A stretch of 64,000 nt of DNA from Candidatus Thorarchaeota archaeon (GTDB lineage Archaea; Asgardarchaeota; Thorarchaeia; Thorarchaeales; Thorarchaeaceae): positions 691,526 through 755,525 of the forward strand of contig CP070761.1 of NCBI GenBank assembly GCA_020348985.1, written 5' to 3'. The notes below the pieces were generated by a model. The model was not told where the DNA came from. It searched no databases and worked only from the letters and a program-made list of their open reading frames with translations. This document shows, in pieces, positions 48,335 through 58,541 of this stretch. Within the stretch, counting starts at the first letter, position 1. Each line of letters opens with the position of its first letter. The position numbers and the translations under genes were made by a program.

Positions 48335-50860
48335 ATGCGATATGGTATCGACTACCTTCTCAAGCGAGGAATGATGGCCGATGCTACAAAAGGGACCTTG
48401 CATACTGATTTCGGAGACGTTGAGTTTCTCCATTCTGCACTCCTGAGAATATTCTATGTTGAGTTGGACAATGACTCAAGTCCCCGTGAGGTCTTCGAGA
48501 TTCTCCAGTCAAAGTATGTATTTGACTATGCCTGGATTGTCAATGACGAGCTGAGCATCTTCAGAACATTCGGATCAGGAAGGGTTTTCCGTCTTCCTTC
48601 AGCGGGTGTTTCGAAGCCGCCGGCTGACGTGCAAGTCAAACTTGAGAACCTCGAGCCTCAAGGCCTTCCAGCGATCTTCAACATCACAGATTCCTTGGAT
48701 AAGGTCTCTCAACACTTATGGAATGTTAGAATGAATCTTGCCAATTCTCTTGACAAACAGAAGTCAATGAAGGAGCGACTTCTGAGTGCGCAGCGACTCA
48801 TAGAGCAGGTGTTGATTTCAAGATTTGCTAGCAAACCAGAATGTATCTGCTCGGAAATCAATTTGTCCGAATTCGATGATGATTCACTATCGTTCGTACA
48901 GCAGGAGATGGCGAGCTATGAGTTTTCCTTGGATGAGACGACAGTGGACAATAGGATTCTTACACCGTACGTTCTCAATTGGATCTTCGAGACCTTCACT
49001 TGTGCTCTGCTGAATATGACGGATGACGACATCACGAAGTCCACCAATTTGAAGCCGCTCAGGCGAAGCAACAAGAAGACGGGTTCATTCTATACTCCCG
49101 AACATTTAGCAAACGATATAGTCACTAGATGCCTGCAGAGTTGGCTTCTGGATGAAACAGGATTGAACATTCTCTCTCCAACCGAACTAGACCATGCGAG
49201 CCCGTCCCAGCGACAACATGCGTTAGAGAGTCTGAGAAAAGTGAGAATCTTGGACCCCTCTGCTGGGGCGGGCGTATTCCTAATTGCTGCTGCTGAGTGG
49301 CTTGTCAGAGCACGCTCTGCATTGGGTGACAAAAGAGACAGGGCCAGAATTAGAGAGGAAATCATAACCAACAATCTCTATGCAGTTGACATTATGGAAG
49401 GGGCAACTTCGATGTGTCAGCTTCGACTGCGGCTTTGGATGAACAGTGGTGATGAGGCCGGGTCTGGACATGATACAATCAATCCTTTGCGAAACATTCG
49501 AACTGGAAACAGCCTCGTTGGCAGGGTTCGGAGTTGTGAAGAAGATCCTGACTACGGCTGCCTCATACCGTTCCATTGGGAGACAGAGTTCCCATCTGTA
49601 TTCCAAGAAGTGTACAACGGATTCGATGTTGTTGTCGGAAACCCCCCATACGGAAACATACTCTCCGAAGAAGAGAGGACAGTAATCAAGAACCAGTATG
49701 GTCAATATGTAAACGGAGGACGAAACGGTACCTGGAATGTCGCGAGCCTATTCATTGTTAGATCAAGATTCCTCCTTAGAACCAATGGTAGGCTCGGCTT
49801 GCTACTACCAAACAGCATACTCCGAGTAGGTCAATTTGCAAAGACTCGTCAGTTCATGGTAGAGAACATGAAGCTTGAACAGATAATCGACGAAGGCAGC
49901 CCGTTTGATGGTGTGACTTTGGAGATGGTAAGCGTCTTCGGTAGGGCAGCAAGTCCTGATGATGACTCCCCTGTTCATGTGCTTTCAAGAAGACCAGGAC
50001 TCTGGGAGACCAACAAAGTGCCTCTTCATATTCTTGGCTCAGGGCGGTTATTTGTAATCTATCACGATGATTTGCTTGGAAAGATAATGCAGAGGGGGGA
50101 GACAGGTGTTCTCACAGCAGGTAGAGGACGAGACATACCCCATGAGCATGTGAAGCGAGAGAATAGAGGTCGATTCAGAGTACCTTATGCCACGAGTGGT
50201 AGAAGTGTAAAAAGGTACAGAATAGACTATGATCATGTCATTCATGCTGACGACTGGTTCTTTGGAGACCCCGCACTCACAGATTCGTACAATAATGAAT
50301 TCCTCATAGCTACCAAGAACTATCCATTTCCAAGATGTCTGATGAAACCAAAAGGGGTTCTACATGGTGGCGGCGCTGTCAGGATCAAGGCACTACGCGA
50401 TGATTTGAGAGAAGAAGCAATTGGACTCATTCTAAACTCAACTCTGTCCAAGTTTGTCTGTAGGAGATATCTTACAAACGCTAGTCAATTGACGACTTGC
50501 CTCAATACGGGAATAATGGAAGAGTTTCCAATCATATATCCTGACGATCCTGCAGTCTTCGTCCTGTTGTTCCGTACACTTCAGATGCTTCATCAGAGAA
50601 CGAAACACAACGAGTACAGACTTGAGAAGGAGTATCTTGAGAAGCTCTCTGACGCGCTTGTCTACGAGCTCTATCTACTTCGAGGAAGCAAACTTATGGA
50701 AAGCGTAAGGCAGACATTGGAATCGATTGGAGACACTGCAACACCTGAATTGGTATTCGAAGCGCTCCAGAGACCATCGGTCATTGAGAAGGCTCAAGAA
50801 ATCTATACAGATCCAGAAGTAATTCGAATACGGAATTCCAGGCTTCTTGCGGGTGCATAG
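48335..50860 (+). CDS. gamma-class N6-adenine DNA methyltransferase (Eco57I/MmeI/PglX-like) with about 250-aa N-terminal domain of unclear function and about 400-aa C-terminal putative TRD
   Basis: Motif X GSFYTPEHLANDIV, motif I ILDPSAGAGVFL, motif IV VVGNPPYG, in gamma-class order X-I-IV. Confidence 0.85.
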   Translation: MRYGIDYLLKRGMMADATKGTLHTDFGDVEFLHSALLRIFYVELDNDSSPREVFEILQSKYVFDYAWIVNDELSIFRTFGSGRVFRLPSAGVSKPPADVQVKLENLEPQGLPAIFNITDSLDKVSQHLWNVRMNLANSLDKQKSMKERLLSAQRLIEQVLISRFASKPECICSEINLSEFDDDSLSFVQQEMASYEFSLDETTVDNRILTPYVLNWIFETFTCALLNMTDDDITKSTNLKPLRRSNKKTGSFYTPEHLANDIVTRCLQSWLLDETGLNILSPTELDHASPSQRQHALESLRKVRILDPSAGAGVFLIAAAEWLVRARSALGDKRDRARIREEIITNNLYAVDIMEGATSMCQLRLRLWMNSGDEAGSGHDTINPLRNIRTGNSLVGRVRSCEEDPDYGCLIPFHWETEFPSVFQEVYNGFDVVVGNPPYGNILSEEERTVIKNQYGQYVNGGRNGTWNVASLFIVRSRFLLRTNGRLGLLLPNSILRVGQFAKTRQFMVENMKLEQIIDEGSPFDGVTLEMVSVFGRAASPDDDSPVHVLSRRPGLWETNKVPLHILGSGRLFVIYHDDLLGKIMQRGETGVLTAGRGRDIPHEHVKRENRGRFRVPYATSGRSVKRYRIDYDHVIHADDWFFGDPALTDSYNNEFLIATKNYPFPRCLMKPKGVLHGGGAVRIKALRDDLREEAIGLILNSTLSKFVCRRYLTNASQLTTCLNTGIMEEFPIIYPDDPAVFVLLFRTLQMLHQRTKHNEYRLEKEYLEKLSDALVYELYLLRGSKLMESVRQTLESIGDTATPELVFEALQRPSVIEKAQEIYTDPEVIRIRNSRLLAGA

Positions 50861-50903
50861 CTTCTCAGATACTGATGCTTAAATACGACAAGCCAAGCAG
50901 ACC

Positions 50904-51530
50904 TTGACACAGGATGTGGTCGTAATAACAACAGAAGATCGTGGTCCTCAAGATGAACCATCTGAAATGGCCGATGAGATTATCGCAGCTGTAGAGGCCG
51001 AAGAGGATGAAGAGGATGCAATGACCGAATCAGAAAGACAGATCGAAAGGGATAGGGAAACTGAGCGGATTCGCAAAGCAAGGGAGCTGAAGAAACAGCT
51101 CAGAAAAAGAGAACTTGGATTGATAAACTACCGATGGCCTGCTTTGATCCTCATTCTAGCAGGCATCCTTGCTGCTTGGACGGAGTTCCTGGTTGTCATG
51201 ATTCACCCTCCAGAGATACAAGGTCTGAACACGTTCTTTGAGAGTTTCCTTCTCTTAGGTGGAGCTTTCTATCTCTTCCCGTTGATAGCCGGAGTAGGAT
51301 TCATCTTGTGTGGAATCTGGGCATACAGAGACCCAAGGGCTACATTCGTATCACTGATTCCAGCTGTGATAGTAGTCATGGCGTCGATGACAGTCTACTT
51401 CCTAGTGACTTTCGCCGTGACTGCGGACCCTAGTCTTGAAGGATTGGTTTATGCCACTGGTACGCCCATAACCATGCTGATTACTGGAGTTCTTTCAATC
51501 CTGTCCATCTTCCTGAGAGAGAAGGAATAG
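50904..51530 (+). CDS. membrane protein with acidic N-terminal tail (about 4 TM)
   Basis: WPALILILAGILAAW, LLLGGAFYLFPLIAGVGFILCGIW, AVIVVMASMTVYFLV hydrophobic helices. Confidence 0.6.
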   Translation: MTQDVVVITTEDRGPQDEPSEMADEIIAAVEAEEDEEDAMTESERQIERDRETERIRKARELKKQLRKRELGLINYRWPALILILAGILAAWTEFLVVMIHPPEIQGLNTFFESFLLLGGAFYLFPLIAGVGFILCGIWAYRDPRATFVSLIPAVIVVMASMTVYFLVTFAVTADPSLEGLVYATGTPITMLITGVLSILSIFLREKE

Positions 51531-51548
51531 ACTAACCGTCCAAGCGCT

Positions 51549-52118
51549 TCATTCACTGAGATAGTCATCCAGTCTGCATTCGTCCTCTAGAATAGACATC
51601 CAGTCAATCCTTGTTGTCGTGTTGGGCTCTTTCAGCAGACTGACTATCTTTTCAACAACATCGGGGACTGACAATTCCGTCGTATCGATCTCAGAGACAA
51701 GGTCTTCACCAAATGAGTACAGCGCATCAATCTGACAGACTCCTAAAACCTCAGCCTCAATGTTCTCAGCTGCTTTGTCCTCTTGATAGCCACGCTTTGA
51801 GAGGCGGGTCTTCAAAGTGTCCGGATGCACCCTTAGGATCACCGCACGTTCGACTGAGCCCTTGGGTACAAGATCAATATAGTGACCCTCGATAATCATC
51901 CGCTCGGATGTCGAATCGATGAGCTCGATGACCGCATCTACTAGGCAGTCTTCATCAATGACATCAGTTTCTCGTGATTCATCTCTAGATTCGATGCAAT
52001 TCGAGTCTGTCGCCAAAACTCCCAGTGAGACTACTTTCATGTTTAGAGATTCTCCTAGCGCCTTTGCGACAACTGTCTTGCCGGTTCCAGGGGTCCCACC
52101 GATTAGAATGACTGCCAT
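51549..52118 (-). CDS. Fap7/AK6-type nucleoside-triphosphatase (putative adenylate kinase)
   Basis: MAVILIGGTPGTGKT Walker A; size and layout of archaeal Fap7. ATG at 52118 chosen. Confidence 0.75.
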   Translation of the reverse strand: MAVILIGGTPGTGKTVVAKALGESLNMKVVSLGVLATDSNCIESRDESRETDVIDEDCLVDAVIELIDSTSERMIIEGHYIDLVPKGSVERAVILRVHPDTLKTRLSKRGYQEDKAAENIEAEVLGVCQIDALYSFGEDLVSEIDTTELSVPDVVEKIVSLLKEPNTTTRIDWMSILEDECRLDDYLSE

Positions 52119-52192
52119 GACTGTTGCAGAATCGGTTTCCAAATAAGGGCTTGGGAGCGACAGAGGCAGACAGGCCACTAGGGCTTATATGG

Positions 52193-52945
52193 ATGATACG
52201 AGCATTAGCTCTCAGTCAAAAGAGGTGCAGCATCCTGTTTAGAAGAGGTCTGAGTCTTGGCCCACTGGCTAGATCCACTGCCATAGCGGTAGTCTTACTG
52301 GTGTTGGCAGTCTTTCTATGGTGGGATTATACAATCATCTCAGTCCTCCTTGTTGTTTTTGTGATCTACATCTGTGTTGGAGGTTGCTGCAGGAGTGCAT
52401 CCGTCACGGATCTAATGCGACCATCCAGGAGAAGCAGAAGAGAGGGTCTCTGGGATATCGTTGATCGTGGATACAGAAACGCATTTGAGAAATCTATTGA
52501 GATTGAAGCAGCTGACATCCCAGGCATGATGGATCCAAGGATGGCTCCATATGAGCTGCCAATAGAGATCATCCCCGGAATCTCAACAGGGCAGAGTGGA
52601 AGGCTTCGCGAAATGGGCATTGAGATACTCCTAGATTTGGCGGACGGCAATCCAGAAGACATTGCACTTGCATGCGAAACGGAAGTGCAAATCGCAGAAG
52701 AGTGGAAGACAGATGCGATCGTCATCATCTATGGTGGAGAAATCGAGAACCTTGTTCAGCTTGGAACCTATGATGCTGCAGCTCTGAAAGTGAAGATTGA
52801 CTTCGCCATCGAGTCTAGAGAAATCAGTGTGCCTCAGGGCTACGAGGCTTCTGAAGAGAAGATCAGAGACTGGATTGCAGCTGCAAAGGACGAGATGATC
52901 AGACTTGGGATAGACAGCTCGGATGATTTCTTCGATGAGCCGTGA
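52193..52945 (+). CDS. hypothetical protein with N-terminal TM helices and HhH-like segment (start uncertain)
   Basis: ORF 52124-52945 in the track; the start was moved to the internal ATG to leave a divergent promoter region with Fap7. Confidence 0.45.
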   Translation: MIRALALSQKRCSILFRRGLSLGPLARSTAIAVVLLVLAVFLWWDYTIISVLLVVFVIYICVGGCCRSASVTDLMRPSRRSRREGLWDIVDRGYRNAFEKSIEIEAADIPGMMDPRMAPYELPIEIIPGISTGQSGRLREMGIEILLDLADGNPEDIALACETEVQIAEEWKTDAIVIIYGGEIENLVQLGTYDAAALKVKIDFAIESREISVPQGYEASEEKIRDWIAAAKDEMIRLGIDSSDDFFDEP

Positions 52946-53034
52946 CAGTCAGTTCATTCTAGGACCTTGCATAACGAATAAAAGAAACTCAAAAGCCTCT
53001 TTGAAATCCTAGACGTGTCGACGTGAGGAGCAAG

Positions 53035-53532
53035 ATGAGTTACGAAGTTAGGCAGTTCGAACCATCAGACATCAACTCAGTCGTAACGATAAACCGTACC
53101 TGCCTGCCAGAGAACTATCCTGAGCAGTTCTTTATGGGTTTGCATTATCATGCCCCGAAGGCGTTTCTTGTTGCCACAATCGAAGAGTCTGTCATAGGAT
53201 ACATCATGTGCCGGATTGAGAGGGGCATCTCAAACTATGGCCGACTTCCTGTCAAGAAAGGACACATTGTCTCTGTGGCCGTCATGCCTGAGCTTCGTGA
53301 GCAAGGGATTGGTACAAAGCTGATTGTGACAGCACTTGAGGAAATGAGCAATTATGGCGCAACCGAGTACTTCTTGGAGGTAAGGAAGTCAAACAGCGAG
53401 GCGGTCTCGGTTTATGAGACTCTGTGCTTCGACATCAAGAAAGTTCTCCGCGGTTACTATCGCGATGGAGAGGATGCGTATCTCATGTCAAAGAAGGGCT
53501 CCGAAGAAGTGGAGGACTCAGCGATTGAGTAG
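53035..53532 (+). CDS. rimI: N-alpha-acetyltransferase (Ard1/RimI-like GNAT)
   Basis: IVSVAVMPELREQGIGTKLI…EYFLEVRKSNSEAVSVYE. ATG with GTGAGGAG 5 nt upstream. Confidence 0.85.
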   Translation: MSYEVRQFEPSDINSVVTINRTCLPENYPEQFFMGLHYHAPKAFLVATIEESVIGYIMCRIERGISNYGRLPVKKGHIVSVAVMPELREQGIGTKLIVTALEEMSNYGATEYFLEVRKSNSEAVSVYETLCFDIKKVLRGYYRDGEDAYLMSKKGSEEVEDSAIE

Positions 53533-53554
53533 GAAGCGAATCGAAGTTCCTCTA

Positions 53555-54430
53555 GTGTCCGAATGCTCTGCGTGCATAATGGAGAGTCTGGATACACTTA
53601 TTCCAATGCTCACTGAAGACAGTGACGAAAGATACGAGCTTTATAGACTGGCATTGAAGAGGCTTTCTGAAGGATTCGGTCAAAGAACCGATCCGCTGAC
53701 TCTGTCAGTGACACTCTATCGGGAGCTGTATGAGAAGGCTGACGTCGAGGACCCTTATAAGCATCTGAAGGACCTAAGCAACGAAGCCGCAAAGAAAGTG
53801 ATTCCTGATGTGATTATTCATGTAGAGGCCTTTGCGGGATATGAAAGGCTTAGAGCAGCTCTTGCATCATCCATAGCTGGGAACATTATCGATTTCAACA
53901 CTGCAGGACACGAACCGGACCTTGAAGGATTGGAGAGTGTCTACAGATCGGTTCTTGAAGAAGGATTCCACATTGATGATTCTAAAGCGATGTGGACGGC
54001 CTTGAATCGTAAGAAAGGAAGACTCCTGATTCTAGGAGATAATGCTGGTGAGACTCTGTTCGATCTGCCCCTAATACGACTCTCGAAAGAACTTGGATGG
54101 ACAGTCATCTACGCCATCAAAGAGAAAGCCATGGTCAACGATGCGACCATCGAAGATTTGAAGGGTACAGAGATTGAAGAACTTGCCGCCATGATCTCTA
54201 CGGGAGCATGGGCACATGGTGTTCCGTTGAAGTGGGTCAGCAAGGAATTTCTCAACGAAGTATCAAAGGCTGACCTAGTGATATCCAAGGGTCAAGCAAA
54301 CATAGAATCCTTTCCTGAGATTCAAAGGGAGCTAAGTGTTGAAACTTACTACGTCACTAGAGCAAAGTGTCCGCATATCTCTCGAGCAATTGGGGCAGCC
54401 AAGGGATACAATGTTGTTCTTATGGGGTAG
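53555..54430 (+). CDS. DUF89/ARMT1-family damage-control phosphatase
   Basis: Colinear with Pyrococcus PH1575: ECSACIME / ECLTCMAN; IAGNIIDF / IGNVIDF; HIDDSK / YIDDSK; LILGDNAGETLFD / LYITDNVGEHYFD; VNDATIEDL / INDATVEDL; VPLKWVSKEF…KGQANIESF / VPLKLVSREF…KGQGNFETL; RAKCP / KAKCP. Confidence 0.85.
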   Translation: MSECSACIMESLDTLIPMLTEDSDERYELYRLALKRLSEGFGQRTDPLTLSVTLYRELYEKADVEDPYKHLKDLSNEAAKKVIPDVIIHVEAFAGYERLRAALASSIAGNIIDFNTAGHEPDLEGLESVYRSVLEEGFHIDDSKAMWTALNRKKGRLLILGDNAGETLFDLPLIRLSKELGWTVIYAIKEKAMVNDATIEDLKGTEIEELAAMISTGAWAHGVPLKWVSKEFLNEVSKADLVISKGQANIESFPEIQRELSVETYYVTRAKCPHISRAIGAAKGYNVVLMG

Positions 54431-54569
54431 TCCATTGCAACACGAATTGGGTGAAGGCAAACTTGAATCCCGACAATATCCGGAGCGCAACTCCAGTTCT
54501 CTATCACGCCTAGAGCATTTGGACCAAGAAGAACGCTTAAATGCAAAACTTATTGCGAAGTGCATGTAC

Positions 54570-54593
54570 AGTTTTGATGCAATAGTCAAAACT
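54570..54593. promoter_or_regulatory. perfect 8-bp inverted repeat AGTTTTGA-(8 nt)-TCAAAACT in the thermosome promoter/leader; candidate heat-shock repressor operator
   Basis: Lies between a TTAAAT-like box (about 54535) and the AGGAGGA SD before thsA. Confidence 0.35.
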
Positions 54594-54624
54594 ATCGTTA
54601 ATCATCAACTAGGAGGAACTAGAG

Positions 54625-56256
54625 ATGAGTCAGCAAGTCCCAGTTATAGTTCTAAAGGAAGATACTGAGAGAACTCGAGGCCGTGATGCTCAGAGAAACA
54701 ACATCATGGCCGCCACGGTGATTGCAGAAGCTGTGAGATCTGCCCTCGGTCCAAAAGGAAGCGATAAGATGCTAGTGGACTCCTTCGGCGACATCACAGT
54801 CAGCAACGATGGAGCAACGATTCTGAAGGAGATGGATGTAGCTCATCCAGCTGCCAAAATGGTAATTGAAGTGAGTAAGACAGTTGATGCAGAGGTGGGT
54901 GATGGTACTACTACCGCTGCTGTTCTTACAGGTGACCTTTTGAAGCATGCAGAGACCCTGCTTGACCAGAAGATCCATCCGACGACGATTATCAGTGGCT
55001 ACAGAAAAGCAGCGGAAAGAGCCCTCGAAGTAATTGACGAGGTTGCAGAGAAGATTGATCCTGAGGATCCATCCTACAAGAAAATCCTGATCGATGCTGC
55101 GAAAGTTGCAATGTCAAGCAAGTTTGTTGCCACCTCGCGAGACAAGCTCTCCAAGGTGGTTGTGGATGCCGTTATGTCCATTTCTAAGGACCGTGCGCAA
55201 GAGGAGATTGATCTAGACGACGTCCCGAGACAGAAGCAGGAAGGAATGGCTGTGGATAAAACTGAGCTGGTCAGAGGACTTGTCCTTGACAAGGAAGTCG
55301 TTCATCCCAGCATGCCAAAGAAGATAGCGGGCGCAAAGATTGTACTACTTGAGGCTCCATTGGAGATAACCAAGACCGAGTTTGACGCCAAGATTTCAAT
55401 CAGCGACCCAACATCCATGCAGAGCTTTCTTGATGAAGAAGAGAGAATGCTGAAGGAAATGGTGCAGAAGATCATTGACTCCGGCGCTAACGTTCTGATT
55501 GCCCAAAAAGGCATTGATGACGTTGCTCAGCATTATTTGGCAAAGAATGGAATCCTCGCAGTCAGGAGAATCAAGAAATCAGACGTTGAGAGACTTCACA
55601 AGACAACCGGTGCCGCCATTGTCTCTAAGGTCCAGAATCTCACATCGGCAGATTTGGGAACCGCAAAGATCGTAGAGCAACGCACAGTTGGCGACGACAA
55701 GATGCTGTTCATTGAAGGAACACCAAAGTCCTCTGTTGTGACCATTCTTGTCAGAGGCGGAACTGACCACATTGTTGACGAGGTCGACCGAGCTCTGAAC
55801 GATGCACTCTATGTAGTCAAAGACATCGTCGTGCACCCCTACATCACTTATGGGGGCGGTGCGCTCGCCGGAGAGATTGCCAAGCAGCTACGCGATTATG
55901 CCTCTACACTCGAAGGAAGAGAACAATATGCAGTGAACGCATTCGCTGATGCAATGGAAGAGCTTCCCTCAACACTGGCTGAGAATGCCGGTCTTGATCC
56001 TATCGATATCATCGTCAGTCTCAGGGCGGCCCATACTGAAGGTAATGTAACCTTCGGACTCGACATCGATAAGGGCAAGGTTGGTGACATGAAGAAGATT
56101 CGGGTAATTGAGTCAGCACTCGTCAATAGGCAGATTGTTATGTCGGCTGCAGAAGCTGCTCAAATGATACTGAAGATCGACGACGTCATCAGCTCCAAAG
56201 GTGGCGGCATGCCAAGCCCTGGTGGCGACGACATGCCTGATTCAGACGACGACTAA
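54625..56256 (+). CDS. thsA: thermosome subunit (group II chaperonin)
   Basis: [40 protein letters not shown]; 543 aa. Confidence 0.95.
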   Translation: MSQQVPVIVLKEDTERTRGRDAQRNNIMAATVIAEAVRSALGPKGSDKMLVDSFGDITVSNDGATILKEMDVAHPAAKMVIEVSKTVDAEVGDGTTTAAVLTGDLLKHAETLLDQKIHPTTIISGYRKAAERALEVIDEVAEKIDPEDPSYKKILIDAAKVAMSSKFVATSRDKLSKVVVDAVMSISKDRAQEEIDLDDVPRQKQEGMAVDKTELVRGLVLDKEVVHPSMPKKIAGAKIVLLEAPLEITKTEFDAKISISDPTSMQSFLDEEERMLKEMVQKIIDSGANVLIAQKGIDDVAQHYLAKNGILAVRRIKKSDVERLHKTTGAAIVSKVQNLTSADLGTAKIVEQRTVGDDKMLFIEGTPKSSVVTILVRGGTDHIVDEVDRALNDALYVVKDIVVHPYITYGGGALAGEIAKQLRDYASTLEGREQYAVNAFADAMEELPSTLAENAGLDPIDIIVSLRAAHTEGNVTFGLDIDKGKVGDMKKIRVIESALVNRQIVMSAAEAAQMILKIDDVISSKGGGMPSPGGDDMPDSDDD

Positions 56257-56271
56257 TAACAGGTGAATTGA

Positions 56272-56928
56272 ATGCCAAAAGGCTCAGAAGAGAAGGAGAC
56301 TGAAGAGGCCACGATAGACCCAGCTTCCGTTCTCGTAAACGTCCCAGGTGTGGGACCTAAGACCGCGGAGAAGCTTGTGGAGAAGGGTTTCGAATCGCTG
56401 GAGAAAGTATCGAAGGCAAAAGCGGAGGTTCTTGCTGAGAATGTCCCAGGCCTCAGTGTTGCCAAGGCGGAGAGCGTAATCGCAGAAGCGAAATTACTGC
56501 TCAAAGCCATTGCTTCTGGAGCCGTTGATGTTACAGGGAAGCCGAAGAGAGCCAAAAGGAAGAAGGCTGTTGAGCCTGATCCTGAGAAGCACAAACTTCC
56601 ACCTGCAGTGGAGATGAAACGTTCGGTTGCCAGGACCTCTATGAAAACAGGGTTAGAAGGTGATTTGGAGAAGAAGGGTATCCCTGTAGCTCCCAAATGG
56701 CTCACGAAATTCGAGAAGGCTCGAATCATTGGGGCCCGCGCTCTTCAGATATCCATGGGAGCCCCTGTCCTTGTGGACATGGGCTCCGCACCAGGAGGCC
56801 TCTTCGCTCTTGCTGAGTATGAGTTGAAAGGGGGAGTTCTCCCGATGACCGTGAGAAGAACACTGCCAACCGGTGAGTTTCACGACATTCCACTATCGGT
56901 ACTGCTTGAGAGTACGAGGCTGGACTGA
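56272..56928 (+). CDS. rpoK: RNA polymerase subunit Rpo6/RpoK (omega/Rpb6 homologue) with about 130-aa N-terminal (HhH)2 + Lys-rich extension
   Basis: C-terminus [26 protein letters not shown]…[16 protein letters not shown] matches RpoK (…[23 protein letters not shown]…GVLPITIRRRLPNG). N-terminus has two HhH motifs ([12 protein letters not shown]; [12 protein letters not shown]). Single uninterrupted ORF, 16 nt after thsA. Confidence 0.8.
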   Translation: MPKGSEEKETEEATIDPASVLVNVPGVGPKTAEKLVEKGFESLEKVSKAKAEVLAENVPGLSVAKAESVIAEAKLLLKAIASGAVDVTGKPKRAKRKKAVEPDPEKHKLPPAVEMKRSVARTSMKTGLEGDLEKKGIPVAPKWLTKFEKARIIGARALQISMGAPVLVDMGSAPGGLFALAEYELKGGVLPMTVRRTLPTGEFHDIPLSVLLESTRLD

Positions 56929-57038
56929 GCTATCCATAGCCTCTACTCATCATTTCTTCTTCTTTCAATATTCCCTAGGCAATAGTACCGCTTAAATGTG
57001 AATTCAACCAGATTCCGTCTTCTGGACAGTGGAGGACA

Positions 57039-58385
57039 TTGCAGCAGCCAATAGACATTCTCATAACGCCTGACCTGATAGTTCGCTGCCTACTCGGCTT
57101 CGCTGTCGGCGCGCTAATCGGTCTAGAGAGGCAAAAGGATCATGAGGATACCCAAGTGGGAATCAGATCTTTTGGACTTCACAGTCTCCTAGGGACCCTT
57201 GCTGCTTATACTTACACTGCCACATCAAACCCGATTGTGCTGATCTACGCTACTGTGGCCTCATTGGTTTTTCTTGGGGCACAGATTGGACACAAGTTCT
57301 TTGTTATGCGAGGAAGAGGACTTACGACATCGATTGTGTTCGCTCTTTCCTTTGTCCTTGGAGCTTTGGTAGGGCTTGACGCCGCACCCCCACCTGGACA
57401 ATACATCGGTTCACTCTCTGTCCTTGCTATGGCAGTATCTTTCTTGGTATTTCTTGTATTGAGTTTCAAAGAAGAGATTTCTGAAACCGTCACAGCTATT
57501 AGCAAACAGGAGATGATTAGCGCGGCCCAGCTTGCAGTCTTGATATTCTTCCTGTGGCCATTGATTCCTCAGACAATATTCATTGGAACGATTGAGTTTC
57601 CTGTATTCACTGTCTACGTCATGGTTGTCATTCTTCTCTCCATCAGCTTTGCGAACTACATTCTGGTCAAGAAGTACAAAGAGCGTGGTCGTTACTACTT
57701 CGCCTTCTTCGGTGGATTCGCAAATAGCGAAGCAACAGTGGCTAGCCTAACGGAGACCTACGTGAATTCAGGAAGGATTCACGTAGGCAAGACATCAACA
57801 GCAGCCATCATGGCAAATATCTCTATGGTCTTGCGAAATGGGATCATCGTGATCATTCTTGAGTGGACACTGGCTTCTAGCATTGCGATATTCAACTTCT
57901 ATCTCGTGCCACTTGCCATACTCACTCTGATGGGAATTGTCAGTCTGTTACAAGCACGCAGACAAGTCCTTGAGGGTGAAGAGGGAGAAATTGCGGATTC
58001 ACTGGGGTCTCCATTTGAGTTTGGTGCTGCACTACGATTCTCTCTAGTGTTCACCGCCGTATCCTTTTTCTCATTGATACTGCAGACATTCTTCAGCGAT
58101 TTGGGAATGTTGGTAGCTGCCTTCGTGGGCGGATTTGCATCGGCAGGTGCAGTGGTTACAATAGCGACACCCCTCTACACAAGTGGGGCCATTAGTCTGG
58201 CAACAGCAGTATACGCAGTAATAATCGCAACTGTGACTTCGGTGATGAACAAGATCATCTATGTGTACAGTCTTGACAGAGAAATGACCTTGTTTAAACG
58301 AGTTGCAAGAGATGCCGTAATAATGGCTGCCGGTGCCTTGGTCTACGTGTTAGTTCTGGCCCTGGGATATCTGCCGGTTGGTTAG
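57039..58385 (+). CDS. MgtC/SapB-family membrane protein with DUF4010-like C-terminal membrane domain
   Basis: LLGFAVGALIGLERQ MgtC signature; TTG start with GGAGGA just upstream. Confidence 0.75.
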   Translation: MQQPIDILITPDLIVRCLLGFAVGALIGLERQKDHEDTQVGIRSFGLHSLLGTLAAYTYTATSNPIVLIYATVASLVFLGAQIGHKFFVMRGRGLTTSIVFALSFVLGALVGLDAAPPPGQYIGSLSVLAMAVSFLVFLVLSFKEEISETVTAISKQEMISAAQLAVLIFFLWPLIPQTIFIGTIEFPVFTVYVMVVILLSISFANYILVKKYKERGRYYFAFFGGFANSEATVASLTETYVNSGRIHVGKTSTAAIMANISMVLRNGIIVIILEWTLASSIAIFNFYLVPLAILTLMGIVSLLQARRQVLEGEEGEIADSLGSPFEFGAALRFSLVFTAVSFFSLILQTFFSDLGMLVAAFVGGFASAGAVVTIATPLYTSGAISLATAVYAVIIATVTSVMNKIIYVYSLDREMTLFKRVARDAVIMAAGALVYVLVLALGYLPVG

Positions 58386-58541
58386 CCGAAAGAGCGCAAG
58401 ACTTAAAGTGACACATCAATGACAAACAATCCGGTGACAGAGATGGATGTTGGTGACTTAGTTCATCTTCAGACTTAGAGAGTTGATACTGAGATTAGCC
58501 ACCAAAGCCTGTTGCTGGACTAGATTCTTGGGGGTTCTTCG

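Noticed and set aside
48335-50860. Idea that the methyltransferase marks a BREX/defence island
   Set aside because: No PglZ, BrxC/PglY, BrxL or other defence genes are present within ±10 kb. The neighbours are metabolic or membrane genes, so it is treated as solitary.
56272-56928. Splitting the HhH-RpoK ORF into two genes
   Set aside because: There is no in-frame stop between the HhH region and the RpoK domain, and no separate RBS is evident before the internal Met. It is kept as a single fusion ORF, with the alternative flagged.
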